A stretch of DNA of 63,812 bases, the filler included, from Phoronis australis (lineage: Eukaryota > Animalia > Phoronida), in NCBI GenBank assembly GCA_002633005.1. It is 6 parts of 6 records of this genome, joined end to end, with 100 filler letters (N's around TTAATTAATTAA, not from the genome) between each part and the next. Parts side by side here need not be neighbours in the genome. Positions count along the whole stretch, not along the records: positions 62,771 to 63,812 come from NMRA01001780.1; 5 more parts are not named here. The stretch is one strand, 5' to 3'. The position numbers were made by a program, and so were the translations under genes. Shown here in pieces: positions 63,145 to 63,812 of the stretch. The notes under the pieces are model-generated. The model did no database searches and had not been told where the DNA came from. It saw only the letters and a program-made list of their open reading frames with translations. Position 1 is the first letter of the stretch. Every line of letters starts with the position of its first letter.

Positions 63145-63812
63145 CTGCAAAAATAAAACAACATAAACAGATAAACATACAACAAACGGCGAAGAAAACG
63201 AATCAACACTATTGAACTAACACACAAGATAGCCCAGCTGAAAGCACGTTTCATAGTCCTAACTTTACAACTTTTAAGTTTACACCTTAACTTAAAATTA
63301 AACCAACTGAAATAAAGCCCCGTTTAAACCAATTTTAAATATTAAAAAATTGTCTCATCAGCTAAACAGGCATTTTAACACACATGGAAATGAGACAAAA
63401 AAGTCAAAATCCTTTAGTGAAATGACCCTCTGAGCACTCGTCTGAGTGTAAGACCCGGTCCCTACGCGCCTCGAGAATACGAGAATGACAATCACACTAG
63501 ATCAAAATATTTTGTTTTGTTTCATGTCTTCTAGATGGTTTATTTGAACAGGCCTAATTAATTTGATATCACAGTTCTCCTTTACGAAAGATTACAGCTG
63601 CTCTACCCAGTCCGTCATCAACTATTGTAAAATTGTTTGTTGATGGTAGTAATTCTCTGTCAAAGGCAACATTGTTTGCCACTTGGTTCCAAAACATTTT
63701 CTCCTTTGAAAAAGTAAAAGATGCTCAACGTCACGATGACGTTTGATGCACTTACAACTAAACACGTGACAGATGCAAAAACACTCGCATCAAACAAAAA
63801 AAAAAACATTTT

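Overview
AT-rich, intron-containing animal DNA, probably from a marine invertebrate (taxon not determinable). It consists of several assembly pieces joined by 100-nt N/TTAATTAATTAA/N linkers (13421, 36890, 40921, 60127, 62671), so neighbouring pieces need not be neighbours in the genome. Host genes: (1) the first four exons of an NRF-6/O-acyltransferase-like gene (7943-12659, +); (2) a complete 9-coding-exon RIPK-type non-RD kinase gene with a Gln/Pro-rich linker and a C-terminal CARD (21629-33926, +, about 614-624 aa); (3) one exon of a RERG/RASL-type small GTPase (-). The rest is mostly mobile-element DNA: an internally deleted Kolobok element (THAP transposase plus convergent KolX, TTAA TSD); several hAT-type elements with 5-bp TSDs, one retaining an intron; a Polinton/Maverick end with cysteine protease and major capsid genes interrupted by a hAT; a CR1/L2-group LINE with a 2A-like GDIEVNPGP peptide; a Ty3/Gypsy RT relic; a Penelope-like inverted repeat with hammerhead-like cores; and Helentron/HINE-like elements whose ~145-bp repeats each carry a CTCF-like motif. 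All calls come from manual reading and recalled family motifs; no searches were run.
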